A DNA stretch of 64,000 nucleotides from positions 1,364,001 through 1,428,000 of the forward strand of contig NC_043011.1 in NCBI RefSeq assembly GCF_006345805.1, given 5' to 3'. A program made the translations under genes and the position numbers. Of this stretch, positions 40,810 through 53,455 are shown one piece after another. The stretch is from Octopus sinensis. Lineage: Eukaryota. Numbering within the stretch: position 1 is the first letter of the stretch; each line of letters begins with the position of its first letter. The notes under the pieces are model-generated. The model made no database searches. It saw only the letters and a program-made list of their open reading frames with translations, and was not told where the DNA came from.

Positions 40810-40896
40810 TAAGGCCTTGATGAAAAAATTGGGTTTTTATACATGTGGGCTCCATTCCCACATGTGCTAATACCCATTTTTTTCATCAAGGGTTTA
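40810..40896. other. 87-nt imperfect hairpin
   Basis: TAAGGCCTTGATGAAAAAATTGGGTTTTTATACATGTGGG, loop CTCCATT, CCCACATGTGCTAATACCCATTTTTTTCATCAAGGGTTTA. Confidence 0.75.
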
Positions 40897-41720
40897 TATG
40901 CCCCAATATTAGACTGTTTTCTTTAGACAATATTTGACGAACACTTATAAGCTTAAGCTTATAATTATTATTTACAGTACGTGCATGTGTATTTGTGTGT
41001 GAGTGTGTGTGTGCATTTTTGCATGTGTGTGTGTGTGTGTGCATTTTTGCATGTGTATGTGTGTGTAACCCATGAGTGTAGGTATACCAGTGGGGTTAAG
41101 AAGTTTCCTTTCCAATCATATGGTTCTGGGTTCAGTCACATTGATTGTTACTTTGAGCAAGTGTCTTCTAGCATAGCTTTGGGCGACCAAAGCCTTCTGA
41201 GTGGGTATATTCCATGGAGCCTTAAAAAAAGCTTGTTATCTATCTTCAGTGAAAATCGTGTCGAACCATGGAAAAACATTACCTTGTTTGAAAATAGATG
41301 AAGGTTTGCAGCTGAAAGAGCACCTAACCATAGAAAGTTGACCTAAACAAATTCCTACTCATGCAATCATGGAAAAGTGGATGTTAAAACGATGAAGGTA
41401 GTGATGAAACCTATAGTTAAATATATCTGTATGCATACATATATATATGTATAAAACACATGCATGCATAAATGCATATGTGTGTGTGTCTGTGTGTGTA
41501 TGTTTATTTAAATAACTTAGTAGAACAGGCTATATTACATACTAATTTTTATTTTGACACATATCAGTTTTCTTATATTCTTGCAGACTGTTTATCCCCT
41601 GAAATATGTGTATATATATATATATATAAAATATTATTTGAGACAAAACCACTATTTTGCAAAACAAACAAGGAAAGACTTAATCAATACATAAAATTTA
41701 ATAAATAGTCAAAAAAACCG

Positions 41721-41763
41721 CCACTACAATCGTTTCTTGTCTTGATCGACAATCTTCAGGTGG
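41721..41763 (-). ncRNA. Minimal type-I hammerhead ribozyme (intact core)
   Basis: Minus strand CCAC-CTGAAGA-TTGTC(GATCAA)GACAA-GAAA-CGATTG-TA-GTGG. Confidence 0.8.
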
Positions 41764-44700
41764 ACTTCCAATCTAAAAAATCAAAATTTTAAAATATAAA
41801 AATAATACTTTTAAATAATTAAAGTATAAATGAAAAAATATAAGTATATAATCCATATATAACCTATATATAATCCATATCGAAAATATAGACTAATTAC
41901 CACGAATTCCCTAAAAAAAACCATGATAAAACAAAACTCTTAAAAACATATAACGATAAAATCTCCCTTAGCTAAACTCTATAACAAACCTATAAAGTAA
42001 ACCCCCTAACCTAAACATTCACACACAAATACACACACGTAAACCACAGACTCACGACTTATACACATACCTATACTAACTTATAAACCTCAATATACAC
42101 CAAAACCCACTCCCTCCCCACACAGACAAATTAACACATACATCCCAAAACCTAAATAACAAACCCATATACACATTCACACACAAAACACACACTCACA
42201 CGCAAAACACTCACACACAAAAGATACATATACTCCCTCACATATACGCCTATACATACTCACTAAACTCGACATATACAACAATACTTACACACCCACA
42301 AAAAACATTATATACATTTATGAGCTTTAACTCACCTTAGCATCTCTAACAAACAACTTGCAGTAACCCAATCCCATTCTCTATGCCTACCTCACTACTA
42401 CACTATTCCATTCACATTCCAAGCAACGCTAGTCCACCACCCGGTTATTCACGTGGCAAAACGAACACCACTCAAAAATTATGAATGAACAATGTAAAAA
42501 ATAACCAACACCTAAAATAGACAAAATACCACAAATTACCTAAAAAAAACCATGATAAACCAAAACTCATAAAAGCATATAACGATAAAATCTCCCTTTG
42601 CTAAACCCTATAACAAACTTATATAGCAATCCCCCTAACCTAAACATTCACACACAAAAAACCCACACGTAAACCACAGACCCAAGACTTATACACAAAC
42701 CTATACTAACTTATAAACCTCAATATACACCAAAAACCACTCCCTCCCCACACAGACAAATTAACACATACATCCCAAATCCTAAATAACAAACCCAATA
42801 CACATTCACACACAAAACACACACACACACAAAACACACATACACAACAGATACATATGCTCCCTCACATATACGCATATACATACTCACTAAACTCGAT
42901 ATATACAACAATATTTACACCCACACTCATACAGATAAATAAATTAATTATACAATTAAAAACTCACAACCAATCTCATATACATAAACACTCTTATGAA
43001 AACAACAATAAATACATCGTAATTAACCAGAATATCAAAAATAACATTATGACATAAGGATAAATCAAATACATACTTACAATTCAGTTACAAATTATGA
43101 AGTGAAATTAGATTTTTAGCCGTTAAAAAACCAAACAAAATTACGTTACCATGGAAATAACTAATGTAAAAAAAGAATACGCGCCATAGAAAGTAAACGT
43201 CATTCATAGTATGAATGGAGAAATATAATAAATGGAACTAAAAACTATTTCCACGTAGCAAACCAACGCTACTTAAAAAAATTTATTATGAATGGATTCT
43301 TTAAAAACTATCATGAAAAATCAATTATATACATTTATGAGCTTTAGCTCACCCTAGCAACTCTAACAAACAACTTACAGTACCCATACTCAATACCTAC
43401 CTCATTACCACCCTAATCCATTCACAATTCCAAACAACACTAGTCCACCACACGGTTACAATTCCCAACTCTACCCATTCATTCATAATTTCAACGACGT
43501 TCCCTTCAAAAACTCTACATATAAGCCTCAACATATACACCGGAGATACACTTACACATCCGTGCGGATGGGTGAGAGTATACATTAAGTGTAGTGATGG
43601 GGCTCCCATTTCTAAACACATTTGTACCTGTGTGGTAGTCTCCATGTGTATATTCACGCACGGGTGAGTGTGGGTGTAAATATTGTTGTATATATCGAGT
43701 TTTAGTGAGTATGTATATGCGTATATGTGAGGGAGCATATGTATCTGTTGTGTATGTGTGTTTTGTGTGTGTGTGTGTTTGTGTGTGAATGTGTATTTGG
43801 GTTTGTTATTTAGGATTTGGGATGTATGTGTTAATTTGTCTGTGTGGGGAGGGAGTGGTTTATGGTGTATATTGAGGTTTATAAGTTAGTATAGGTTTGT
43901 GTATAAGTCTTGGGTCTGTGGTTTACGTGTGGGTTTTTTGTGTGTGAATGTTTAGGTTAGGGGGATTGCTATATAAGTTTGTTATAGGTTTAGCAAAGGG
44001 AGATTTTATCGTTATATGCTTTTATGAGTTTTGGTTTATCATGGTTTTTTTAGGTAATTTGTGGTATTTTGTCTATTTTAGGTGTTGGTTATTTTTTTAC
44101 ATTGTTTCATTCATAATTTTTGAGTGGTGTTCGTTTTGCCACGTGAATAACCGGGTGGTGGACTAGCGTTGCTTGGAATGTGAATGGAATAGTGTAGTAG
44201 TGAGGTAGGCATAGAGAATGGGATTGGGTTACTGCAAGTTGTTTGTTAGAGATGCTAAGGTGAGTTAAAGCTCATAAATGTATATAATGTTTTTTGTGGG
44301 TGTGTAAGTATTGTTGTATATGTCGAGTTTAGTGAGTATGTATAGGCGTATATGTGAGGGAGCATATGTATCTGTTGTGTATGTGTGTTTTGTGTGTGTG
44401 TGTGTGTTTTGTGTGTGAATGTGTATATGGGTTTGTTATTTAGGTTTTGGGATGTATGTGTTAATTTGTCTGTGTGGGGAGGGAGTGGGTTTTGGTGTAT
44501 ATTGAGGTTTATAAGTTAGTATAGGTATGTGTATAAGTCGTGAGTCTGTGGTTTACGTGTGTGTATTTGTGTGTGAATGTTTAGGTTAGGGGGTTTACTT
44601 TATAGGTTTGTTATAGAGTTTAGCTAAGGGAGATTTTATCGTTATATGTTTTTAAGAGTTTTGTTTTATCATGGTTTTTTTTAGGGAATTCGTGGTAATT

Positions 44701-44831
44701 AGTCTATATTTTCGATATGGATTATATATAGGTTATATATGGATTATATACTTATATTTTTTCATTTATACTTTAATTATTTAAAAGTATTATTTTTATA
44801 TTTTAAAATTTTGATTTTTTAGATTGGAAGT

Positions 44832-44874
44832 CCACCTGAAGATTGTCGATCAAGACAAGAAACGATTGTAGTGG
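44832..44874 (+). ncRNA. Minimal type-I hammerhead ribozyme (intact core)
   Basis: CCAC-CTGAAGA-TTGTC(GATCAA)GACAA-GAAA-CGATTG-TA-GTGG: 4-bp stem I, 5-bp stem II, quasi-palindromic stem III, GUA cleavage triplet. Confidence 0.8.
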
Positions 44875-45050
44875 CGGTTTTTTTGACTATTTATTAAATT
44901 TTATGTATTGATTAAGTCTTTCCTTGTTTGTTTTGCAAAATAGTGGTTTTGTCTCAAATAATATTTTATAATATTTTACTATAAAATTGGATTTAATCCT
45001 AAATCTGATTTTTTTTCCCTGTAAATTTGGATATATTCCCTAATATTTAT

Positions 45051-45088
<38 letters not shown>

Positions 45089-46127
45089 TCTAATGAAATT
45101 GCCACTTTAGCAGAAAGATATCTAGATGGGTTCAAACTTGCAGCCTTATGCCTAATGGTGTGATTTTTCACATTGCTTAGGTTCTATTCCAAATATCTCT
45201 GCACAAAGAGGTATTTCTGGTTGAAATGTATTTAGAATTCAAAACAACTAATGGCTACTTTTGTCTTAACATGCTAATATCCATTTATGCTAATCATGGT
45301 TCACATGTATCTGTTCTTTGTTAAACAATAGAAGGAATGTTTTCTAGGTGAAGTAGCATTCTCTTTTGTGTTTTTTTTTTTTTTGTAGTAGTAGTAGTAG
45401 TAGTAGTTTATTCAATTTTACTATGCATTTCCTTCTCATTATTGGCCAATTTTATTCTTCCAGACATTGTTCTGTGAAGAATTGATGTAGAATTAATGAT
45501 AATATTTCATGTTCACTGCATCTGATAAACTCTATAAGCAATGCTAAACAGCAATATGACTGTTTATAACAACAACAATAATAATGATAATAATAATAAC
45601 TCCAACAACAAGAAATAAGATTATATTTCCCTTTTATTTTACATAAATGATTTCTTACTCAACTTATTGATATATTCAAAATTGCATTATGCATAAATCA
45701 CTGACACATATGTATATATGTATGAATGCATATACACCCATCAACACCCACACACATAGATACACACTCACACATGCTCCCCACTACCATCGTTGACACA
45801 CACAAAGTTTTATTATAAAATATCAAGTGACTGCTAAATGATTAGATTCTAATTCAACATGATGTAGAATTTAGATTCATTCTTGTTTCTTTAGATTAAG
45901 GTTTTGCAGAAGCAGTTTTGCATAGTTACAATTTTTAATTTGATTATTGTTTCAAAACTTTTTTCTCTAAAACTGTGAAATACAATCCTCATAAACTTAT
46001 ATGTAAGATTTGCTTTGCATTAATTTACAGAAATACACAACCATTTTGCATCATAATTCTCTTCCTTACAGCAAATTCTTATGAGCCTCTTCTTTGACTA
46101 CAATTTAAACTGCTGAACAAAAATTTC

Positions 46128-46537
46128 GGATCTTTTTGGTTTGAACAGCAGTTTTTTCTAGCGGTGTCATATGAAATTGTCACCCATAATTATGACCCCA
46201 GTATTGATCTATTGCATTTCAATCTCTTTTAAGGTTAGGGGTGGGGGAAGGGTATCTTTTTTTCTTCACAAATGTAAATAAACCCAATGTGTTTCTTAAA
46301 CGAGGGACATATTCATATGGCACAGAATGCTTTTTAACTCAATAGATGTCACTGATTGGTTGAAATTGCAGAAATTGAAGAAAAACAACAACAAATATCT
46401 TACAAACTATAGAATTTTCTCAATAAAGCCAAGAGAAAAAGATGTTTTATAAACACATTCTACCAGTATATGAAGTTTAAAATTTTTTAGTTACCTGGAA
46501 ATTATGTTAAAAACTGCCGTTCAAACTGAAAAGATCC
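46128..46537. mobile_element. MITE with ~29-bp TIRs and 8-bp TSD (Merlin/MULE/hAT-type, unresolved)
   Basis: GGATCTTTTTGGTTTGAACAGCAGTTTTT and AAAAACTGCCGTTCAAACTGAAAAGATCC; AAAATTTC duplicated at 46120-46127 and 46538-46545. Confidence 0.85.
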
Positions 46538-47500
46538 AAAATTTCTATTGTTTTAACCTTACTGCAAGAAGTTTGTCAATTGATTTTACTTATATATAAT
46601 TATATTTTGATTAGTTTTAAGTTAATATAAATTTTGATGAATTGTTAAACATTCATACAATTTTGGCAGTTTACTATATTGCTGAAATTGCATCTCATTG
46701 TGTCACTCATATATGAGGCCCTCACTTCAGTGCTGAAGGTGCTGTTATATTCCATCTCTGAATGCAGAAGTTGGTGCCTTATGAGGCAATGAAGCATTGA
46801 TGGGTGGCTCAGTGAGCTGCCTCAAGCCACTCACCCATGTAGGTGACAGAATTCTTGCACAACAGCACAAACTTTGTTGAATCAGATGTTGTGACTCGGA
46901 GTAAGATTTTTCTACCACCCTCCATGCTTGCTGCATCACCCAGTCATTCCCTTGAGCTAGATGTAACGGTTTGTTTTCTCAGTGGCTTCTGACAGTTTTC
47001 TGGTAACATTTTCTCTCTCTCCATAGCTAGTCCAAGGTTCCTGAGCAGTAAGTGACCCTGATTCCAACAAATCTTCAAACACCTATCTCTACAGAAAGAC
47101 ATATTGCCCCCCCCCCCCGGCCATCCACTGATTTCACAGAGTTCAACCCATGCACTTTATGGTTTCTGTCTTTCCTATGTGTCATCATAGCATTATTTCT
47201 TTTATTGATTTCATTTGGAAGATGTTGGGCATGCAAGACCTCCGTGAGCCTCTGAGGCTGGTAATAGCAATGGTTAACATTCCTCTTGAACAACTGTATG
47301 ACAGCAGATGCTGAAATATAAAAAAAAAACATATACAAGGAAGGAATACTAAAAAGATTAAAATTCTGGGAAAGAATGAATGACTGGGTATAATGGTTAG
47401 TGCAGGCCTTTAAGGGTGATGTGATTAAGAAAATGAACAAGTCCAGGTTGCCTGATTGGAAGTGGCATGTGGCCAGCCAGCTCTGAGAGCTGAACTCCCT

Positions 47501-47531
<31 letters not shown>

Positions 47532-48726
47532 AATGGTTGGGTTGGAAGAACAAGATAGAATGTTTGAGGGCCTGTAGTTAAAGAGTGTTGTTAGCAACTT
47601 TGTGTCATCTTTTCTGTGGATGTAGGCTAACTTATTTGGATGTATTTCTATCAACTACTGTCAAAATAATTTGTTTATAACTGGATTAAGTTTCCAAGCT
47701 TAAATTCTCACTCCAGAAGGATGATAAAATGAGTACCAGTCATATACTGAGATCAATTCAATAGACTATACTTCTCATTTATTTGGTCTTCTGCTAAAAT
47801 TAAGTATTGCAGCATTTAGTCAAGAATCAACACTTTCTAAGTGACAGTACTTGACATCAAGGTCATGGCAATCTTTCTAATATAATTTTCTGAAAGCAAT
47901 GTCATTAAATATTAATGATTTATTTCTGTCCCTCATTTCCATTCTGAAATGTAATTTTGTCATTGAAGATTTCTTGTTATGTACAAATAAAGAATAGACA
48001 TTCATGGCAAGAATGGAACTATTCCTAATGATTTATAAAAATTGTTTAAAATATTTTATTCACTCACATACATCTAACTACTTTTTCTTTAAAATATGTT
48101 GGTCATACAGGTCTTTGAATATTTTAAGGCAAACTTGTATACTTGTAATAGTTTGATATCTACTACACAAGTACACAATAGATGTAATGATGGAATCCAC
48201 AATCTGTAGCACCCGTGATATTCTAACATTTATAGTATAATATCATAATTTGCATTTGCTCTGTTATTCTTTATTCAGGACTAAATACAATAAAACATAT
48301 TTTGTGAGCTTTGAAGTACAATACAAAAATGTTTTCTTATTTATTTCTTAAAGATATTTTAAAATTTCATGATTCTAATTACAGTTAGTTATAAAAGAAA
48401 TTATGAAAAGGAAAATGAAAATAAAGTTTTCTGATTAATTATGGCCATAAAATTCATAGCAATATGGGTCTTAAATGATAAACAACAAATTGGATGCAGC
48501 ATGACTGAATGGTTAAGATATTCTCTTCATAGTCTTAAGGTCCTGGGTTCAATCCCACTGCATAGCATCAGAGACAAAGGTAAAACCATAACCTCTGATT
48601 GATGCAATCCTTGTGAACAAAAATAGGTAAACAGAAGCTGTGGAAACCCATTGGCTGGAATCTGCCTGAATATAGGTGTGTGTGTACATGTGTAGGTAGG
48701 TGGGTGTGTTTGTGGTCCTGTATCTT

Positions 48727-48939
48727 TATTTCTTTATTGCCCACGAGGGACTAAACATAGATGGGACGGACAAGGGGATTAAGTTGATTACATCGACCCC
48801 AGTGATTAACTGGTACTTATTTAATCGACCCTGAAAGGATGAAAGGTAAAGTCGGAATTTGAACTCAGAATGTAACCGCAGACGAAATACTGCTAAGCAT
48901 TTCGCCCGGCATGCTAACGTTTCTGCCAGCTCACCGCCT
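48727..48939 (-). mobile_element. SINE family B nested in an older family-A-like SINE (~48495-49165)
   Basis: Family-B reverse complement with a TATCTTT target duplication. Confidence 0.85.
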
Positions 48940-51900
48940 TATCTTTATGTCATGCGATAGTTGTTAGTGAGTGTCACCATCCTAGCAGTAGTGTTGTTTG
49001 TTTCTAATCTTTCATGAAAACACATTCAGTTATTTGAAAATATTACCTTGATTGGAATTAAGTTTGAAGTTGGGACAGGAATGGCATTCAGCTGCTAAAA
49101 ATCTGCCTCGATGAATTCCATTTGCCTCTACAATGTGTGGGAAAGTGGATGTTAAAATGTTGATGCTAAAATTGATGACGATGCTTTGCTAGATTGAGCC
49201 AACTCAATTAGCGGTGTAGAGCATGATACACTTAATCTATTGCAAACATATTTCAAATCAACTAATTAAAGTTTAACTCCTCAATAAAAATTTGTCTTAT
49301 GAAAGTTCTTGGAACTGTTGTGGAATAACAATGAAAGGAGAAACAAACAAAGCAAAAACAAATACATAAGCAATGTAGAAAGAGACTGTTGTACCTTGTG
49401 ACTGACTCTTTGATAAACTGTGCAGTGTGAACTCAAACATGACTGATTTGCTTTTCATGAACAGGAAGAAGTGATTTGAACTAACAAAGAATGAATAAAT
49501 AAATTAATAAAAGAGAACAAACACAGATTTGGAAAATATTTTGTTGGGGACTTCAGATGAATAAGATTTTCTTTGAATTTGATCAATATTTTCTCCTCGC
49601 CATTTTGTGTTTCTTTTCCATTAAATATATTCTTTACATTCTAGTTATCAAACATCTAAATTGTATTTTTCATAGATTAAACTTGTGTATTTTCATTTTC
49701 ACACAAATCTCTCACAGATAGAAAAGAAAGCGTGGAGAAGTGTTGAAAGGAGTGTTGTTAGACATAAAATATTCTCTTCTTGTTTTATACCTGACTAAAC
49801 AAATGTATTGTTTTTGTGTAGATTCTTCATTTTTACAGAGTGAGATTTCTGCCTTTTTCTACGCAACTCTACTCTGGTGAACTCTTCAAAGTTATCTAAC
49901 ATACTTTATTTTATTGATAGAATGGCTTTAGGGAATTGTTTTCATTTCATTTTATTTATCTAACATTTGCTATCTAAATATATGTTTTTAGGTTTTTTGT
50001 TGAGAAGATGAGGAAGTGAGTGAGTGAGTGTGAGAGATAGATAGATAGATAAATAGATAGAGAGAGAGAGATTTCAAACAACTATTTCCCTTTAACTTAT
50101 TTCTTAAGATGGTCACTGTTACAGAATGTTCTTTACTCAACTGTCTCATTAGAGACCATTGATTTTACTTTCAGCAGTAAAATGTATTTCTATTTTCTTC
50201 TTATCAACTCTGATATCCACGCATTCCTGCACCTTTAGAAAATTACATAGGATTCTACTTTTTTTTTCCTTTTGATAAAAAGCTGAATATAATCTCTTTT
50301 TCTAACTTAGTTCTGTTGGACACTTTTGTATGGATGTAAAAATCCTGTAGCATTTGAAGTGAAATGGCAATCAAGCCACAAGTAATTATTATTGTTATTA
50401 TTATTATCATTATTGTTATTATTATTATCATTATCATTTTTATGTCTGGAAAACTATTTTGTTTATAATGGAACATAGCCAGTTGACTAAATACTTTATT
50501 ATGTTCGTGTGCTTGCATTCTTTAACTTTATCCTATTAAAGCATACACATTTTTCTGACATGCATTTTTAGATTTAAAAATATTTTTAAACCAGTTTTTG
50601 CCTGACACACACACTAAAAAAAAAAGAAAGAAACAAAATAAAAATACCAAGAAATTACCAATTGATGTCAAGTACACACACATGTAAGAAGTCATCATTT
50701 GTCTGAAGGCAATAAGATTTACCTTTGCTGAAGGGACAACTTAATAGCTCCGATAATAAACTGTCTAGCTCGAAGTTCAAATAATATTATTTGGCTTCTC
50801 TAATGTTTAGAAGAAATAAATTTTTATCTCATTTACCTTGTTTTCATTTGCTTGCTTCTCTCTTTTCTCAAGCTAATTCTCTATTCTTATCTTCCCTTTT
50901 TCCATATCATACTTCTGTATATAAATGTTGAACCCAAAGAACTTATTTTTCTTTATTCCGTTTGTTATCTACTTTTTCTAACCTGATTTTTCTCTTCACA
51001 AAATAATATTATTTGGAGGTTTCCACCAACCATACCAGCCTTTTCACTTATTTATCAAATCATCATAGAACATTTTTTTTACCATATTTTATTTAATCTT
51101 TCTAGCTCTAGACCTGTAAGCTATTTTTAATATGATATTACCTTTACCTTTTAACATTGCACATCGATATATTTATGGCAAAAAGCATGCTACCAAAGTG
51201 ATAATCTTTCTAATAATGTTATATCATTTTTACTCTTGTTCTTTCATATCAGCTTTGCTACAATGCTGTGAACATCCACAGTGTAAACTTCAAATAAATA
51301 TACTGATCCTTTATTCTTGTATCTTGCTGATCTTTTGACTGTCTATGATACTGTTGAAAGAATGTTTCATGAAAACTAAATAATATAATTATGTAGGTAA
51401 TACTTTTACATTTATTTTTGTTTGTTGACATCAAACAAAGGGAACAAATATATTGAATGATTTTTACTTTAACCAATGCAGGAAGCTCATTTTATCAGTT
51501 TGGTTTTGATGTAGAACAAAATACTACTGTAGTTGTGTAAGATCTATTCTCAATGAAAAATACCTCAATTTGAAGCAGTTATAGAGTACAATTTGATCAT
51601 TCTTTTTTAAAAATTTACTTTTGATAACTTTTGAAACTGACACATCAGCTATGGCATTATTAAGAAAGATATTATATTTTTAATGCTTTTGGCTTCGGCA
51701 AGTCTGGATTTGATCAAACTTTAATTTGCAAATATTCAGTCATGAATATCAATTAGAAATGAAATCTCTACAACTATGCATTTTAAATAATGTAAGAAAT
51801 AAAAGTTAAAGGTATGTTATAAACTTTCTCAGTAGAGATATCCTATTCATTTATAGAACGAATTTGATATACATATATATATATGTTAGCAATAGAATTA

Positions 51901-52638
51901 TTTTCCTTGATATAACATAGGTTGTATGGTTTTATATATTAATCATTTTAATATTTTGAATAATATGATCAAGGGTGATTACATGTTACATTTTAAATCG
52001 AGTAACAGAAATGAAGCTCCCTTATAATCATATGGTATAAACGCTTGACTTAACATCTTGAAAACTCTCATCAAGCAAACACATTGATGATGTATTTTCA
52101 AAATATTTCTTTTAGACACTAATTCTAGGATATAACAACACTTTAGACGAATTAAATTTTGTATATCAACACAAATAGCAAAAATACAAAACAGTTCAAA
52201 TCCTTGAACTGATTTTCTTGTAAAGATATACGATCCTTTATCCCCCAAACCGGACATTTTTGTGGAGGTTGGAGCATGTCACAACAGGGGTTGTTTGGTG
52301 CACAAACATCTGACCACCATGATCAGACTCACTCAGATATGACGTGGCAACACTTGGCAGGTCGGCTACCACTTACCACCAAGTATCAGATGTGGCTCAG
52401 GACTTATAGAGAAGACATTTGCTGTTTGCTGTCTTCGTGTTGTTCTTATGACTGTATATAAGTTACCCTGTAAATGTCAAAAAGAACTGCAGATACTCCA
52501 AAGGATAATAGTGACAATGACACACCTGTTGCGTGCATGAGTGATTAGGAAATTGCTGAAATGGTGTTAAATATGGATAAAAATGAAGACAGTAGTGATG
52601 ATGACATAGAGAACACTGGTGAAAAACTTCCTGTAGAC

Positions 52639-52837
52639 CAGTGGTTCCCAAACTATGAGTCGCGACCCATCTGTGGGTCGCGAACGGATTCTTAGTGGGT
52701 CGCAAAAAGTTATAAAATCATGCATTAGTATTTTTACTCAGTAGAGTTAATGTTTTTATTCAGTAGAGTTAAGTGGGTCATCATAAACTGGTGTGATAAA
52801 TAGTGGGTTGCGACTCTAAAAAGTTTGGGAACCACTG
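52639..52837. mobile_element. hAT (Charlie-like) MITE
   Basis: TIRs CAGTGGTTCCCAAACT and AGTTTGGGAACCACTG; 8-bp TSD CTGTAGAC/CTGTAAAC. Confidence 0.9.
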
Positions 52838-53250
52838 CTGTAAACAATATGGTGAAAATATGTGATCAGTTCATAGCTGGTCTTGATCAACGTGCATTTA
52901 TCATTGAGCAACAGATTACGGGAGTTTACTCAATTAAAGAGATATTGCTTAGACAGAAACCTATACTAATGAGACAGCTTACACTTGAAGAAGTCTTCAA
53001 AAATACCCTGTCTCTTTGTTGCTACTTTATCACTTGAGGATCTCGTTCCTGGCTTATCATAAGTTTGTCTGCAACCTGATGACAATGTTGGCGACACTGA
53101 TGGACCCTGTTCTACAAATTATCTACAACTACATATTTAGCCTAGTTTGAACCAATTTCTGGCTCTAGTAAATAAATAAACTGTAATACCATTTGTAGTC
53201 TTTCTTTATTCAAATTAGTGTGAATATTTATGCACTTCTCTACAGAAATA

Positions 53251-53455
53251 TTATAGAGTAATATACTGGTAAATGAAATAGTGAAATAATTAAGATCACA
53301 AATAACAAAATACATATAGTAGGATAATTTAAAACAAAAATACACCTGTATATGTGGATCGTGTATTTTTGTTTTAAATTATCCTACTATATGTATTTTG
53401 TTATTTGTGATTTTAATTATTTCACTATTTCATTTACCAGTATATTACTCTATAA
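53251..53455. repeat. 95-bp inverted repeat with 15-nt loop
   Basis: 53251-53345 is the reverse complement of 53361-53455; one mismatch seen. Confidence 0.9.

Larger units (their letters stand above)
41625..45055. mobile_element. Non-coding Penelope-derived fold-back element with ~1.3-kb inverted arms (41625-42929 and 43665-44970)
   Basis: Arms are near-perfect reverse complements, each with a hammerhead-bearing end; ~85-nt extra tail on the right only; inserted in (TA)n; a second family member lies at 59177-60855. Confidence 0.85.
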
